From Promethearchaeota archaeon (GTDB lineage: Archaea > Asgardarchaeota > Lokiarchaeia > Sigyniarchaeales > SOKP01), in the NCBI GenBank assembly GCA_019058295.1, contig JAHPZI010000010.1, positions 1 through 64,000 on the forward strand: 64,000 bases of DNA. Reading direction: 5' to 3'. The notes below the pieces were generated by a model. The model had not been told where the DNA came from. It saw nothing but the letters and a program-made list of their open reading frames with translations, and searched no databases. Below, in pieces: positions 19,657 through 28,674 of the stretch. A program made the position numbers and the translations under genes. How positions within the stretch are numbered: position 1 is the stretch's first letter; each line of letters begins with the position of its first letter.

Positions 19657-20547
19657 ATGAAATGGAAAACAAAAATTACCGAAATGATTGGTTGCAAATA
19701 TCCAATTATTTTAGGTGCATTTGCGAGATACGACAATACAAAATTAGTATCAGCAATAAGTAAAGCAGGTGGGGTGGGCATATTAACGGGGTCTTATTTT
19801 AAAAATCTAGATAAATTTCGAAATGCACTTCAGGAAATTAAAAATAGTACAAAAAATCCCTTTGGGGTAAATTTTTCACCAAATACTCCACGAGACTTCC
19901 AAAAAGATCTTATTCAATTGTTTTCTCAACATTTAGAAATTGCTAAGGAAGAACAAATTAAAACAATAATAACGGTTGGACCTAAAGTTGAAGTATTTAG
20001 AAAAAAGATAAAGGATGAGGGAATGACTTGGATTCATAAAGCCACTACAATGAGACATGCAATATTTGGAGAGAAAATGGGAGCAAACGCTATTATTTTA
20101 ACTGGTCTTGAAGGCGGAGGATTTAAAAATCCTAAACAAAATACGCTTTTTATTAATATGGTCAACGCTAATAGATTGTTAAAGGTTCCGATTATTGCTT
20201 CAGGTGGGATTAGTAATGGAAGGGGGATGCTAGGGGCACTAACTATGGGCGCTCAAGCGGTTCACATGTGTACAGCTTTTCTTGCTACAGCAGAAAGTCC
20301 TATTTCAGAAGAGTGGAAGCAAAAAATAATTGATATAGATTGTTTTGATCCTGAAACTCTAAATGAAATCTTGCACTTTGAATCTGAAATGATGAAAGGT
20401 ACGGCCTATTCTCTTGCAGCAGGAACAATTGATAAAATTATTTCTGCTGAAGAATTGGTAAATAATATCATAAGGGAGGCAGAAACTATGCTGAAAAAAC
20501 TAGGTTTTCAAGAAGATCTTATAGATTTTACTGAATTAGAAAAGTAA
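19657..20547 (+). CDS. Nitronate monooxygenase / FabK-like flavin oxidoreductase
   Basis: MKWKTKITEMIGCKYPIILG, PFGVN, GLEGGG, PIIASGGI; the track start at 19537 lies inside the SRP RNA, so ATG 19657 is preferred. Confidence 0.88.
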   Translation: MKWKTKITEMIGCKYPIILGAFARYDNTKLVSAISKAGGVGILTGSYFKNLDKFRNALQEIKNSTKNPFGVNFSPNTPRDFQKDLIQLFSQHLEIAKEEQIKTIITVGPKVEVFRKKIKDEGMTWIHKATTMRHAIFGEKMGANAIILTGLEGGGFKNPKQNTLFINMVNANRLLKVPIIASGGISNGRGMLGALTMGAQAVHMCTAFLATAESPISEEWKQKIIDIDCFDPETLNEILHFESEMMKGTAYSLAAGTIDKIISAEELVNNIIREAETMLKKLGFQEDLIDFTELEK

Positions 20548-20629
20548 TTAATATGTTTTATTTGAAATGGAAGATTTATAAAAATTAATTTATATCTATT
20601 AAGAATTTAATGAATAAATGTAGATTTTT

Positions 20630-21265
20630 ATGGATTTTGAAAAATTAACCGAACTTATTATAGAATTAGAAGTTGATGATGTTGCTGATGCTGTAAAGGA
20701 AGCACTTAATAAAGATGGAAAAGATCCTTTTGAAGTATTAAATGCTTTAACGAAAGGGATGGATGAAGTGGGCCGAAGATATGAAGAAAAAGAATATTAT
20801 TTAACCGAATTAGTCTTAGCAGGAGAAACCATGAAAGAAGCATTCACAATATTAAAACCAGCACTAGCAACAGCAGACACATCAAGTCAAAAAACCAAGA
20901 TTATTTTGGCAACCGTTAAAGGAGATAATCATGATATTGGAAAAAATATTCTTGGCTCATTGCTTTTAAGTGCTGGGTTTGAATTATACGATCTAGGTAT
21001 GGATGTAGATACTGAGACTATCGTTAATAAAGTAAAAGAAACTGGAGCAAAAATTCTAGCTCTAAGTACCCTTTTAACCATGACTGTAGAAGAGATTAAG
21101 GTTGTTCATGAAGCTTTACAGGCAGCAGATCTGAGGGATAAAGTGAAAATGATCGTTGGTGGAGCACCATTAAACATGGAACTTGCAAAAAAACTTGGCG
21201 CTGACGATTTTGCTAATGACGCTGTTGACGGAGTTAAACACATTAAAAATTTGGCAGGAATCTAA
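20630..21265 (+). CDS. Corrinoid (B12-binding) methyltransferase protein, MtbC/MttC-like
   Basis: Cap domain LTKGMDEVG, GDNHDIGKN (DxHxxG), LSTLLT, VGGAP. Confidence 0.93.
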   Translation: MDFEKLTELIIELEVDDVADAVKEALNKDGKDPFEVLNALTKGMDEVGRRYEEKEYYLTELVLAGETMKEAFTILKPALATADTSSQKTKIILATVKGDNHDIGKNILGSLLLSAGFELYDLGMDVDTETIVNKVKETGAKILALSTLLTMTVEEIKVVHEALQAADLRDKVKMIVGGAPLNMELAKKLGADDFANDAVDGVKHIKNLAGI

Positions 21266-21326
21266 AAATAAGTTTTCTTACTAATAGATTATAGAAACAA
21301 GATACTTGCGGTTTTAAATTTTTAAT

Positions 21327-22508
21327 TTATAGGCTTATTGGATATTTCCCATACTCCCAAGCAGTTTCAAGCATTATCTTTTCTTTTGACATATCCACTT
21401 CAGAATGAGAATGAGCAGGAGCTAATATGAATCTACCACCTGGAGCAAGATTTTTTATGAGTTCTTTAGTTTTTTCAACAACCTCCTCTGGTTTTGATTG
21501 TTCTGTAAGGAGATAATCCACTCCCATATTGCCTATAATTGTGAATTTAGCACCATGAATTTTTTTTTCCTTATAAATATCAACATTTGAGGTGGGTTCG
21601 AATGCGTGACCACCATCAAATCCCCATTTAATAAAATAATCAATCAATTTAGTATTGTCTCCACATGAATGGATAAACGTTTTACCACCTCTATCATGGA
21701 TTGCTTCACATAATCTAATATAAGATGGACCCCATAACTTATCGAGAATTTTAGGATTCATTTGCGGTCCAGTTTTAAAAGACAAGTCGTCTCCTTTCAT
21801 AATTACCTTCACTCCCGCGTCCATCATTGCCATGGATGTTTTAATCGAAAATTCTTCTAAACGAGAAATAAAGTTCTCAATAAATTTAGGTTGTTTTCTA
21901 ATATTATACGCTAATTTTTCAATCCCAATGCTCGTAAACATTGCTTGATACAGACCACAATACACATCTCCACATATACATATTTTTTCTCCGAATTTTA
22001 AGAACAATTTTTTAAAAAACTTATAGGTTTTTTTAGCGGTTTTGTCAGGATCAGGAAAAAATAGCCATTCCTCGTATTCTTCAGGAGTTGTAATTTTTGG
22101 TTCGCGATAATAATAAGACGCATTACCATGATCATCGAAAATTATATCATTATATGAGCCCCAATCATCTTGAATTGTGTTTAAATCAGGGAAGCTCGAA
22201 AAAGCATTTCCCCATATAACCCATGCTGCATCAAATCCTAATTTCACGGCAGCTTCTATTCCAAGATGAGCAGCTTTTTCAACATCGTTTTGTGCAATTT
22301 TTCTGCCTAAACGCCCCATGCCAAATCGCTTCAGAAATAATTGGCCGTACCAACTCTCATATAAATCTTTATCTGTTTTTTTTGGAAATCCTAATACTTG
22401 ATGAGCAGGATGTTGGTCATATAGGACAGACATTGTTGGGACTCTATCCACTTTTTTACCTTCGCTTACAGATATAACTCGCTCAGTGGGATTCATCATC
22501 ATTAACAT
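21327..22508 (-). CDS. Uroporphyrinogen decarboxylase-superfamily (MtaA/CmuA-like) methyltransferase
   Basis: ERV....G..VDRVP, GDDL, IHSCG, GN, GGRFILAP. Confidence 0.85.
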   Translation of the reverse strand: MLMMMNPTERVISVSEGKKVDRVPTMSVLYDQHPAHQVLGFPKKTDKDLYESWYGQLFLKRFGMGRLGRKIAQNDVEKAAHLGIEAAVKLGFDAAWVIWGNAFSSFPDLNTIQDDWGSYNDIIFDDHGNASYYYREPKITTPEEYEEWLFFPDPDKTAKKTYKFFKKLFLKFGEKICICGDVYCGLYQAMFTSIGIEKLAYNIRKQPKFIENFISRLEEFSIKTSMAMMDAGVKVIMKGDDLSFKTGPQMNPKILDKLWGPSYIRLCEAIHDRGGKTFIHSCGDNTKLIDYFIKWGFDGGHAFEPTSNVDIYKEKKIHGAKFTIIGNMGVDYLLTEQSKPEEVVEKTKELIKNLAPGGRFILAPAHSHSEVDMSKEKIMLETAWEYGKYPISL

Positions 22509-22568
22509 TTATTCCTCAATAATTGATTATTCTAAATCTTTTTAATTTTAAAAAGATTAAAAAAAAAT

Positions 22569-23204
22569 ATGGATTTTGAAAGAATTACTGAACTCATAAT
22601 TGAGCTCGAGATCGATGATATTGCAGATGCTGTAAACGAAGCTCTCGAAACGGATGGAAAGGATCCCTACGATGTTTTAAACGCATTAACAAAAGGTATG
22701 GATGAAGTTGGGCGTAGATACGAATCAGAAGAATATTATTTAACCGAATTAGTCTTAGCGGGAGAAACCATGAAAGAAGCATTTAAAATTATAAAACCTG
22801 CTATGGCAGCTTCTGATAAATCGAAAGAAAAAGCAAAAGTGATTATTGCAACAGTTAGAGGGGATAATCATGATATTGGTAAAAATCTTCTTGGAACATT
22901 ATTATTGAGTTCTGGGTTTGAAGTCATTGATTTAGGTATGGACATTGATGCAGAAACAATCGTGGAAAAAGTAAAGGAAACTGGAGCTACAATAGTGGGT
23001 TTAAGTTCTCTTTTAACAATGACTGTAAATCAGATTAAAACTGTACACGAAGCACTAAAAGCTGCAGGACTTAGGGATAATGTTAAACTAATCGTTGGTG
23101 GTGCACCTTTAAGTAAGGAACTTGCAAAGGACTTAGGTGCTGATGATTTTGCTGATGACGCTGTTGAAGGTGTAAAGCATATTAAAGAATTAGCAGAATC
23201 ATAA
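22569..23204 (+). CDS. Corrinoid (B12-binding) protein, paralog of 20630..21265
   Basis: Same length (211 aa), GDNHDIGKN, shared identical nucleotide stretches. Confidence 0.93.
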   Translation: MDFERITELIIELEIDDIADAVNEALETDGKDPYDVLNALTKGMDEVGRRYESEEYYLTELVLAGETMKEAFKIIKPAMAASDKSKEKAKVIIATVRGDNHDIGKNLLGTLLLSSGFEVIDLGMDIDAETIVEKVKETGATIVGLSSLLTMTVNQIKTVHEALKAAGLRDNVKLIVGGAPLSKELAKDLGADDFADDAVEGVKHIKELAES

Positions 23205-23280
23205 CTTTTTTTAAAAAATTTTATAAAAAGCCTTTCTAAAATTAAATTAATTTCTTTTTAACAAATGACGTTGTGCTTAA

Positions 23281-24456
23281 ATGAATTGTAGAGAAAGAGT
23301 ATTAGAAGCATTGAATCTAGAAGAACCCGACAGAGTTCCTTGCCATTCAATTTTAATTGATGCGAATAATGTCGACAAAATTTTAGGGAAACCTCCAATG
23401 AGCGATTTTGATTTATTAGAACAGTATAAGCGTGAAAATCCCGATAACTGGCCTGAAGAAATTAATAAATTGATAGAATCGGTGGAAACTTCAATTTTTT
23501 CCCGATGCGTTGAAGCAGCTATTGAAATAGGATTAGATTGTATGCAAGTTGGAATTGTTCCCGTAGAATTTATTGATGATCAAAGTGAAGGAAAAAATCT
23601 CATGAAGGATATGTTTGGGCGAATTTGGGAGGCCCGCAACAATGAAGGTAATTTTAATCCCTACTATTTATATGGCACCACGAATTCTATTGAAAAATGG
23701 GAAATTGTAAAAGAAAATATTGAAGGCACTGTGACTAAGAAATATACAAACATGGCTAAGAAATTTTATCGACGCATAAATAAGAAACATAAGGATAAAA
23801 TATTCGTTGCGGTTACAAACGATTTAGCTGGTGTATTTGAAAGTGCATCGCAAGGAATGGGAATAACATACTATTCAAGAATGCTTCATAAGAATCCAAA
23901 TTTTATAAAGGAAGTACATGAAGTAATAGCACGATTTACCGTTGATTGCTATATGAGTTATATGGATGCCGGAGCAGAGTTATTTATTGAATCAGGAGAT
24001 CTTGCATATAAAACAGGTCCAATGATGAGTCCTAAAAAATTTACTGAAGTACTCTTACCTGCATATAGAAGCATAACGGACGCTGTTCATGAAAGAGGTG
24101 GAAAAATAGTTCTTCACACAGATGGGCAGGTAACACCTCTTCTGGATTTTGTAGTTAATTGTGGATTTGACGGATTGCAAAGCCTTGAACCTACTGCTGG
24201 AGTCGACTTAGCTTTAGTTAAGAAAAAGGTGGGTGATAAAATATGCCTCATGGGCAATATAGATGTTGCAAAAACGCTAGTGGATGGCACTAAGGAAGAT
24301 GTGTATAATGAGGTAAAATACGCTATAAAAACAGCCGGACTAGGCGGTGGTTTTATAGTCTCCGCCGCTAACATGCATCCGGGGGTAAATGTTCCAAATT
24401 TAAGATGGATGGTCGAAGCAACTAAAAAATATGGTGAATATCCCCTTAAAATCTAA
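23281..24456 (+). CDS. Uroporphyrinogen decarboxylase-superfamily methyltransferase
   Basis: RERV..AL..EEPDRVP, GDLAYKTGPMMSP, LHTDG, GNID, GGGFIVS. Confidence 0.85.
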   Translation: MNCRERVLEALNLEEPDRVPCHSILIDANNVDKILGKPPMSDFDLLEQYKRENPDNWPEEINKLIESVETSIFSRCVEAAIEIGLDCMQVGIVPVEFIDDQSEGKNLMKDMFGRIWEARNNEGNFNPYYLYGTTNSIEKWEIVKENIEGTVTKKYTNMAKKFYRRINKKHKDKIFVAVTNDLAGVFESASQGMGITYYSRMLHKNPNFIKEVHEVIARFTVDCYMSYMDAGAELFIESGDLAYKTGPMMSPKKFTEVLLPAYRSITDAVHERGGKIVLHTDGQVTPLLDFVVNCGFDGLQSLEPTAGVDLALVKKKVGDKICLMGNIDVAKTLVDGTKEDVYNEVKYAIKTAGLGGGFIVSAANMHPGVNVPNLRWMVEATKKYGEYPLKI

Positions 24457-24476
24457 TTTCAGTTATAGGGATTCCT

Positions 24477-24923
24477 TTATTTATTTTTTGGCTCCATTTT
24501 TAAAATGTAGCGACAAAATTTAGTATTATCTGAAAGAATACAATTCTTAATCTCAGCTTCGAATTTTATGTTAGGTTCAATCTGATGTAAGAAACCTAGA
24601 GTGTATGGACTACAAATATTATTTTTTACAAATTTGGCTCTCTCTACATTGTGTTTTCCTCCAATAGGACAAAATTTTTTTCGATAGGCTACAGTTACTT
24701 CTAATGTATTATCATCCAGTTTTCTAATTTTAGGTTTAGCCCCCAATATTGTATAAATTTTTCTTAAATTTGTTTCTAAAGTAGCATTGGGGGATCGCTC
24801 TTTATATAGCCTTCCCAATTTTGTACCAAGTTTAGTTGACACGGACTTTATTAAATTTTCACCGCCGATCTCAGCCATTTCAGTGACATATGAATGGAAA
24901 AACTTTAATGAATTTTTACTCAT
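24477..24923 (-). CDS. V4R-like domain protein
   Basis: CPIG...ICSPYTLGFL...NC......CRYIL cysteine pattern, similar to 5004..5477. Confidence 0.6.
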   Translation of the reverse strand: MSKNSLKFFHSYVTEMAEIGGENLIKSVSTKLGTKLGRLYKERSPNATLETNLRKIYTILGAKPKIRKLDDNTLEVTVAYRKKFCPIGGKHNVERAKFVKNNICSPYTLGFLHQIEPNIKFEAEIKNCILSDNTKFCRYILKMEPKNK

Positions 24924-25108
24924 TACTTAGCATAATCTCCTAATTTTATAATAATTTTAAAGCAATTAATTAAACTTGCATTCAAACTTATTAAATGTTT
25001 ATTCTTTTTAAGTAGTTTTGTATTAATCTGTTTACAAGATTGTCATTTTTCTATTAAAATTTTTAAATAAATATAAAATTGAAGACTATTTTTATAATAA
25101 CTCTAACT

Positions 25109-25699
25109 TTATATGGTAAATCTTAAGATAAGATCTTTGTCTTCTTCTGCATAGTCAATTCCTATTCTCTTACCTTTTTTAATATCGTGGTCGTTAATTT
25201 CTTCACCATAAGTGAAAAATAATTTTGATTTTGGAGAACAAGAATCTTTCCCATTAAATTCTTCTTTTGTAATATCGAATGCCATGCAAAGTTTACTTGG
25301 TCCATCTGCTAAATTTTTGAAATTCCTTCCAATTTTTACCTTGCGATTCTTTTTCATCAAATCAATTCCATCAATAGGGAAAATTTGTCTTATAAAAACT
25401 CCACAAGGCATACCTTTAGGTTCTGTTATAACATTTAAGCAATAGTACATCCCATAAATATAGTAAACATATAGAGTGCCTGGTTTTTCGTACATTATTT
25501 TTGTTTTTTCAGTCTTTTTGTAATTATAACAATGACTCGCTTTATCGTTTGGACCCAAATAAGCTTCAACTTCCGTAATTTTCCCTACGATAGCTCCTTT
25601 ATCTGTTTTTCTTACCAAATATTTCCCCAAAAGATCCTTAGCTACATCTTGAGTGTCTCTAGAAAAAAATTCTCTTTCTAATCGAATAAAGGGTTCCAA
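25109..25699 (-). CDS. mpg: DNA-3-methyladenine glycosylase (MPG/AAG family)
   Basis: VAKDLLG, ITEVEAYLG..D.ASH, YVY.IYGMYYCLNV, GPSKLC, RIGI. Confidence 0.95.
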   Translation of the reverse strand: MEPFIRLEREFFSRDTQDVAKDLLGKYLVRKTDKGAIVGKITEVEAYLGPNDKASHCYNYKKTEKTKIMYEKPGTLYVYYIYGMYYCLNVITEPKGMPCGVFIRQIFPIDGIDLMKKNRKVKIGRNFKNLADGPSKLCMAFDITKEEFNGKDSCSPKSKLFFTYGEEINDHDIKKGKRIGIDYAEEDKDLILRFTI

Positions 25700-25716
25700 A
25701 TTAGTTTACCAATTAA

Positions 25717-26457
25717 TTATTCCTTATCAAATATCTGAATCATATTTTTATCTATTATCCATTTGTCAACTAAGAGCTTCTGGAAATTTGCTTTATCGTT
25801 CGCATCATAATTATTATGAATAGTACTCTTCGGGACCCAAAACTCGTTTCCCGTATCAAGAGCGATTAACAGCGCTTTCTCACTCTCCACTTTAATCCTT
25901 GCGTTAATTTCCATCCTATCTTTTGATGAATCATATTCTGTTGTCTCTATAACGTGGAGACCATCCTTTGCTTTTATATGCTCTGAAAATACGCTATATT
26001 CACTTTCAACTATTTTTTCTCTTCGATCTTTTGTTTCAAAAGTTCCTGATGTAGCAAATTCTATTTTTTCGTCTAAAATATGTTCGAGTAGTTTAACTAA
26101 GAATTTTGTATTTGGAAATTTTAACTTCTTTTTATAATTACCAATCTTAAATTTCAGGACTTCACGAGCTTCGCTCTCCCACCCAACAAAAATCTCTGTT
26201 TTTTCTTCTTTAAAAACATGATACCCTCTCCAATTTTGACTTCTCCTATTTAAAACTTCTAAAATACAAATAATTTCCTCTATTGAAAGCCTAACTGTTT
26301 TTCCCTCATTTTTAGAAGGTTTTTCCCAAATTCCATCTTCTTTTCTATTAATGCATGTAAGAAATATATAAGGCACCAACTTTGCGGGAGAATTTACAAT
26401 AATACCACTTTTTTGCCCGAAAAAGCTTTTAGTATGAATATCAGCCATTATAATCAA
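25717..26457 (-). CDS. Hypothetical protein, possible Whirly/PC4-like nucleic-acid-binding domain plus small C-terminal beta domain
   Basis: FFGQKSGIIV...IFLTCI...KTVRLSIEEI...YH; C-terminal ESEKALLI...EFWVPKSTI. Confidence 0.5.
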   Translation of the reverse strand: MIIMADIHTKSFFGQKSGIIVNSPAKLVPYIFLTCINRKEDGIWEKPSKNEGKTVRLSIEEIICILEVLNRRSQNWRGYHVFKEEKTEIFVGWESEAREVLKFKIGNYKKKLKFPNTKFLVKLLEHILDEKIEFATSGTFETKDRREKIVESEYSVFSEHIKAKDGLHVIETTEYDSSKDRMEINARIKVESEKALLIALDTGNEFWVPKSTIHNNYDANDKANFQKLLVDKWIIDKNMIQIFDKE

Positions 26458-26587
26458 TAGTTATGATTTAAAATGAAAAAAAGTGTTATTTCACTAATAA
26501 ACATATATTTGGCTAATGATTTAAACTCATTTAAAATAATTCTAAAGTTATTAAATTAATAGAAATCAGTAACTTTACCAAAATAGT

Positions 26588-28069
26588 TCATATTTTATTT
26601 TGTGTTTTCCTTCCATATTCATAAAGAGCCCGAAATGATTTCGCCGCTCTTCGAAAATTAGGATATACTATAAAACCATCCTTTATAAGTTTTTTATAAT
26701 ATTTTTTTCGCCTTACCGCAGGGTATTCAGGCAGAATTAAAATAAACACTTTATTTAAGGATTCTGTAAGTTCTTTTATTTTCAATAAGTTATTGTAATA
26801 ACTTTTAAAAAACCCCTCTTCTTCGACGTCTTCCCACGCATCCGTTAAAAGCAGTACAAGATCAATTTTTCCTTCAATTGTATTTTCTTCGATTGCTGCT
26901 TTAGCGATTTCGAAATATGTTTCACTAGACGATATCCATGGTAAATCTAAAGGATTGGAAAGACTGCCGATTTTTACCGGATATATCTTTCGTAATTTTT
27001 CTAATCTCTCACCTTCGAAATACGGCACGTTTAATCCTAATTCTGTTAATGTATTTGTAGCAGCAATTCCAAAACCTCCTGACCAAAGAATTACTAAAAC
27101 ATTTTTCCCTTCTGGATACATAATTTCTTTTTTTATACTTTTATTTCTATTTATAAAGTTATAAAATAAATAAGTATAATCTAGCATATCATCAAACGAA
27201 GTAGGAACTTCAACTATGGGTGTTTGTTCGTAAATGGCTTTCCAAATCTTTTGATTTGTACTAATTGAACCTGTGTGTGTTTTTACTGCTGTCTGTGCCC
27301 TTTGGGTCTTCCCGCCATTCATAAACAAGACTGGTTTTTTCATCCCTCTTAATGTATTTAATAATTTTTTTCCCTCATTTGGGTGAAGTGCGTTTATTCC
27401 TTCAAAGTAAACTAAAACCAAATCAGTATCATCATCTTGATTGTAGTATTCCAAAAAATCTGAAATTTGAAGGTCTACACAATTTCCGACACTAACTCCT
27501 TTTGAGAATCTTAAATCATGACGCAATGAACCAAGCCTAATCGTTTGGGAATGTAAATCCCCTGATTGGAAAACTAATGAGATGTTCCCGGGCTTTACGG
27601 GAAATAATGGTTCATAAGCTAAATGTCCCTTAGGTGAATAGATTCCCATACAGTTTGGCCCGATTGCTCGAGTATTATTCTCGTTTAATATTTTAAATAC
27701 TTCCTTCTCAATTTCAACGCCATCTTTATCAGATTCTCCCATCCCGGCTGTGAAGATGTGAATTGTCTTAATTACTTTTTGATATAGCAATTGTTTTAAA
27801 CTATCAACTATCCTATGCCTTCCCACAGAAAGGATTAGAAGATCAATCGTGTCTTCCGGGACATCCTCCAAAGATTTATAGCATTTTAAACCAAATAATT
27901 CATCTTTTGATTGGCTAATTAAATATAATTTGTTTTGATCAAAACTTTGTTGAGTAAATCCCATCATAAAATACCACAATTTTTCGGATGCTTCAAAAAT
28001 TGCAACATTTCGAGGATAAAATAAAGCGTCTAAAGAATCAGTAAGTTCTTCTAAGGTCATATATATCAC
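26588..28069 (-). CDS. ADP-forming acyl-CoA synthetase alpha-subunit-like CoA-binding protein
   Basis: LFYPRNVA, IGPNCMG, QSG, VSVGN, YFEG, THTGS (phospho-His), NPLDL. Confidence 0.88.
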   Translation of the reverse strand: MIYMTLEELTDSLDALFYPRNVAIFEASEKLWYFMMGFTQQSFDQNKLYLISQSKDELFGLKCYKSLEDVPEDTIDLLILSVGRHRIVDSLKQLLYQKVIKTIHIFTAGMGESDKDGVEIEKEVFKILNENNTRAIGPNCMGIYSPKGHLAYEPLFPVKPGNISLVFQSGDLHSQTIRLGSLRHDLRFSKGVSVGNCVDLQISDFLEYYNQDDDTDLVLVYFEGINALHPNEGKKLLNTLRGMKKPVLFMNGGKTQRAQTAVKTHTGSISTNQKIWKAIYEQTPIVEVPTSFDDMLDYTYLFYNFINRNKSIKKEIMYPEGKNVLVILWSGGFGIAATNTLTELGLNVPYFEGERLEKLRKIYPVKIGSLSNPLDLPWISSSETYFEIAKAAIEENTIEGKIDLVLLLTDAWEDVEEEGFFKSYYNNLLKIKELTESLNKVFILILPEYPAVRRKKYYKKLIKDGFIVYPNFRRAAKSFRALYEYGRKTQNKI

Positions 28070-28096
28070 AATCTAAAAAATTTAAGAATAAGAGTA

Positions 28097-28402
28097 CTAC
28101 ATTAATTCAATTTCCACTAATACAGATTCCGGAATTTGAATTTTCATAATAAGATGCATCGATTTCTCATCTGTAATAATTTCGAAAAGGCGTTTATGAA
28201 TCCTCATTTCATATTTAGCCCAAGTTGCTGTTCCTTGGCCAGAGGGCGCTTTTAAAACGGGAACTCTCAGTCTTTTCGTAGGAAGAGGTATTGGCCCGTA
28301 TTTTTTAATACCAGTTTTTTTACAAACATTTTCGAGCTGTTCGCAAACGGACTTTAGAGCTTCTAATCTGGTCGATGATAAACGTATGCGAGCTTTTTGT
28401 AT
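28097..28402 (-). CDS. rps10: 30S ribosomal protein S10 (uS10), ATA start
   Basis: Missed by track; (M)QKARIRLSS...GPIPLPTKRLRVPVLKAPSGQGTATWAKYEMRIHKRL...VEIEL; GGTGA SD 7 nt upstream of ATA, with no ATG/GTG/TTG before an in-frame TAA. Confidence 0.95.
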   Translation of the reverse strand: MQKARIRLSSTRLEALKSVCEQLENVCKKTGIKKYGPIPLPTKRLRVPVLKAPSGQGTATWAKYEMRIHKRLFEIITDEKSMHLIMKIQIPESVLVEIELM

Positions 28403-28674
28403 TTTTATATCACCAGTGATTACTTTTTAGAATTTATACGGCATTTTCTATATTATAATAACTAATCGTATTAACCAAAATTATTGCTATTAAATAAATT
28501 TTTGTATCTAATCATCAAAAAGGTATTTGAATAAAATTTGCTAAAGTTTCAGTACCAAACAAATGTCTTTTTTTGAAAAAATTGTGAGATGAGTTTTGAC
28601 TAAATAAACATTGATTACATATCTATTTAATAATATTAAGTGGACATTAGAAAGATCTTATTCTCCTAATTTCA

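Noticed and set aside
19416-19781. 121-aa minus-strand ORF and the 40-aa N-terminal extension of the NMO gene
   Set aside because: Both overlap the SRP RNA, whose higher GC explains the open frames
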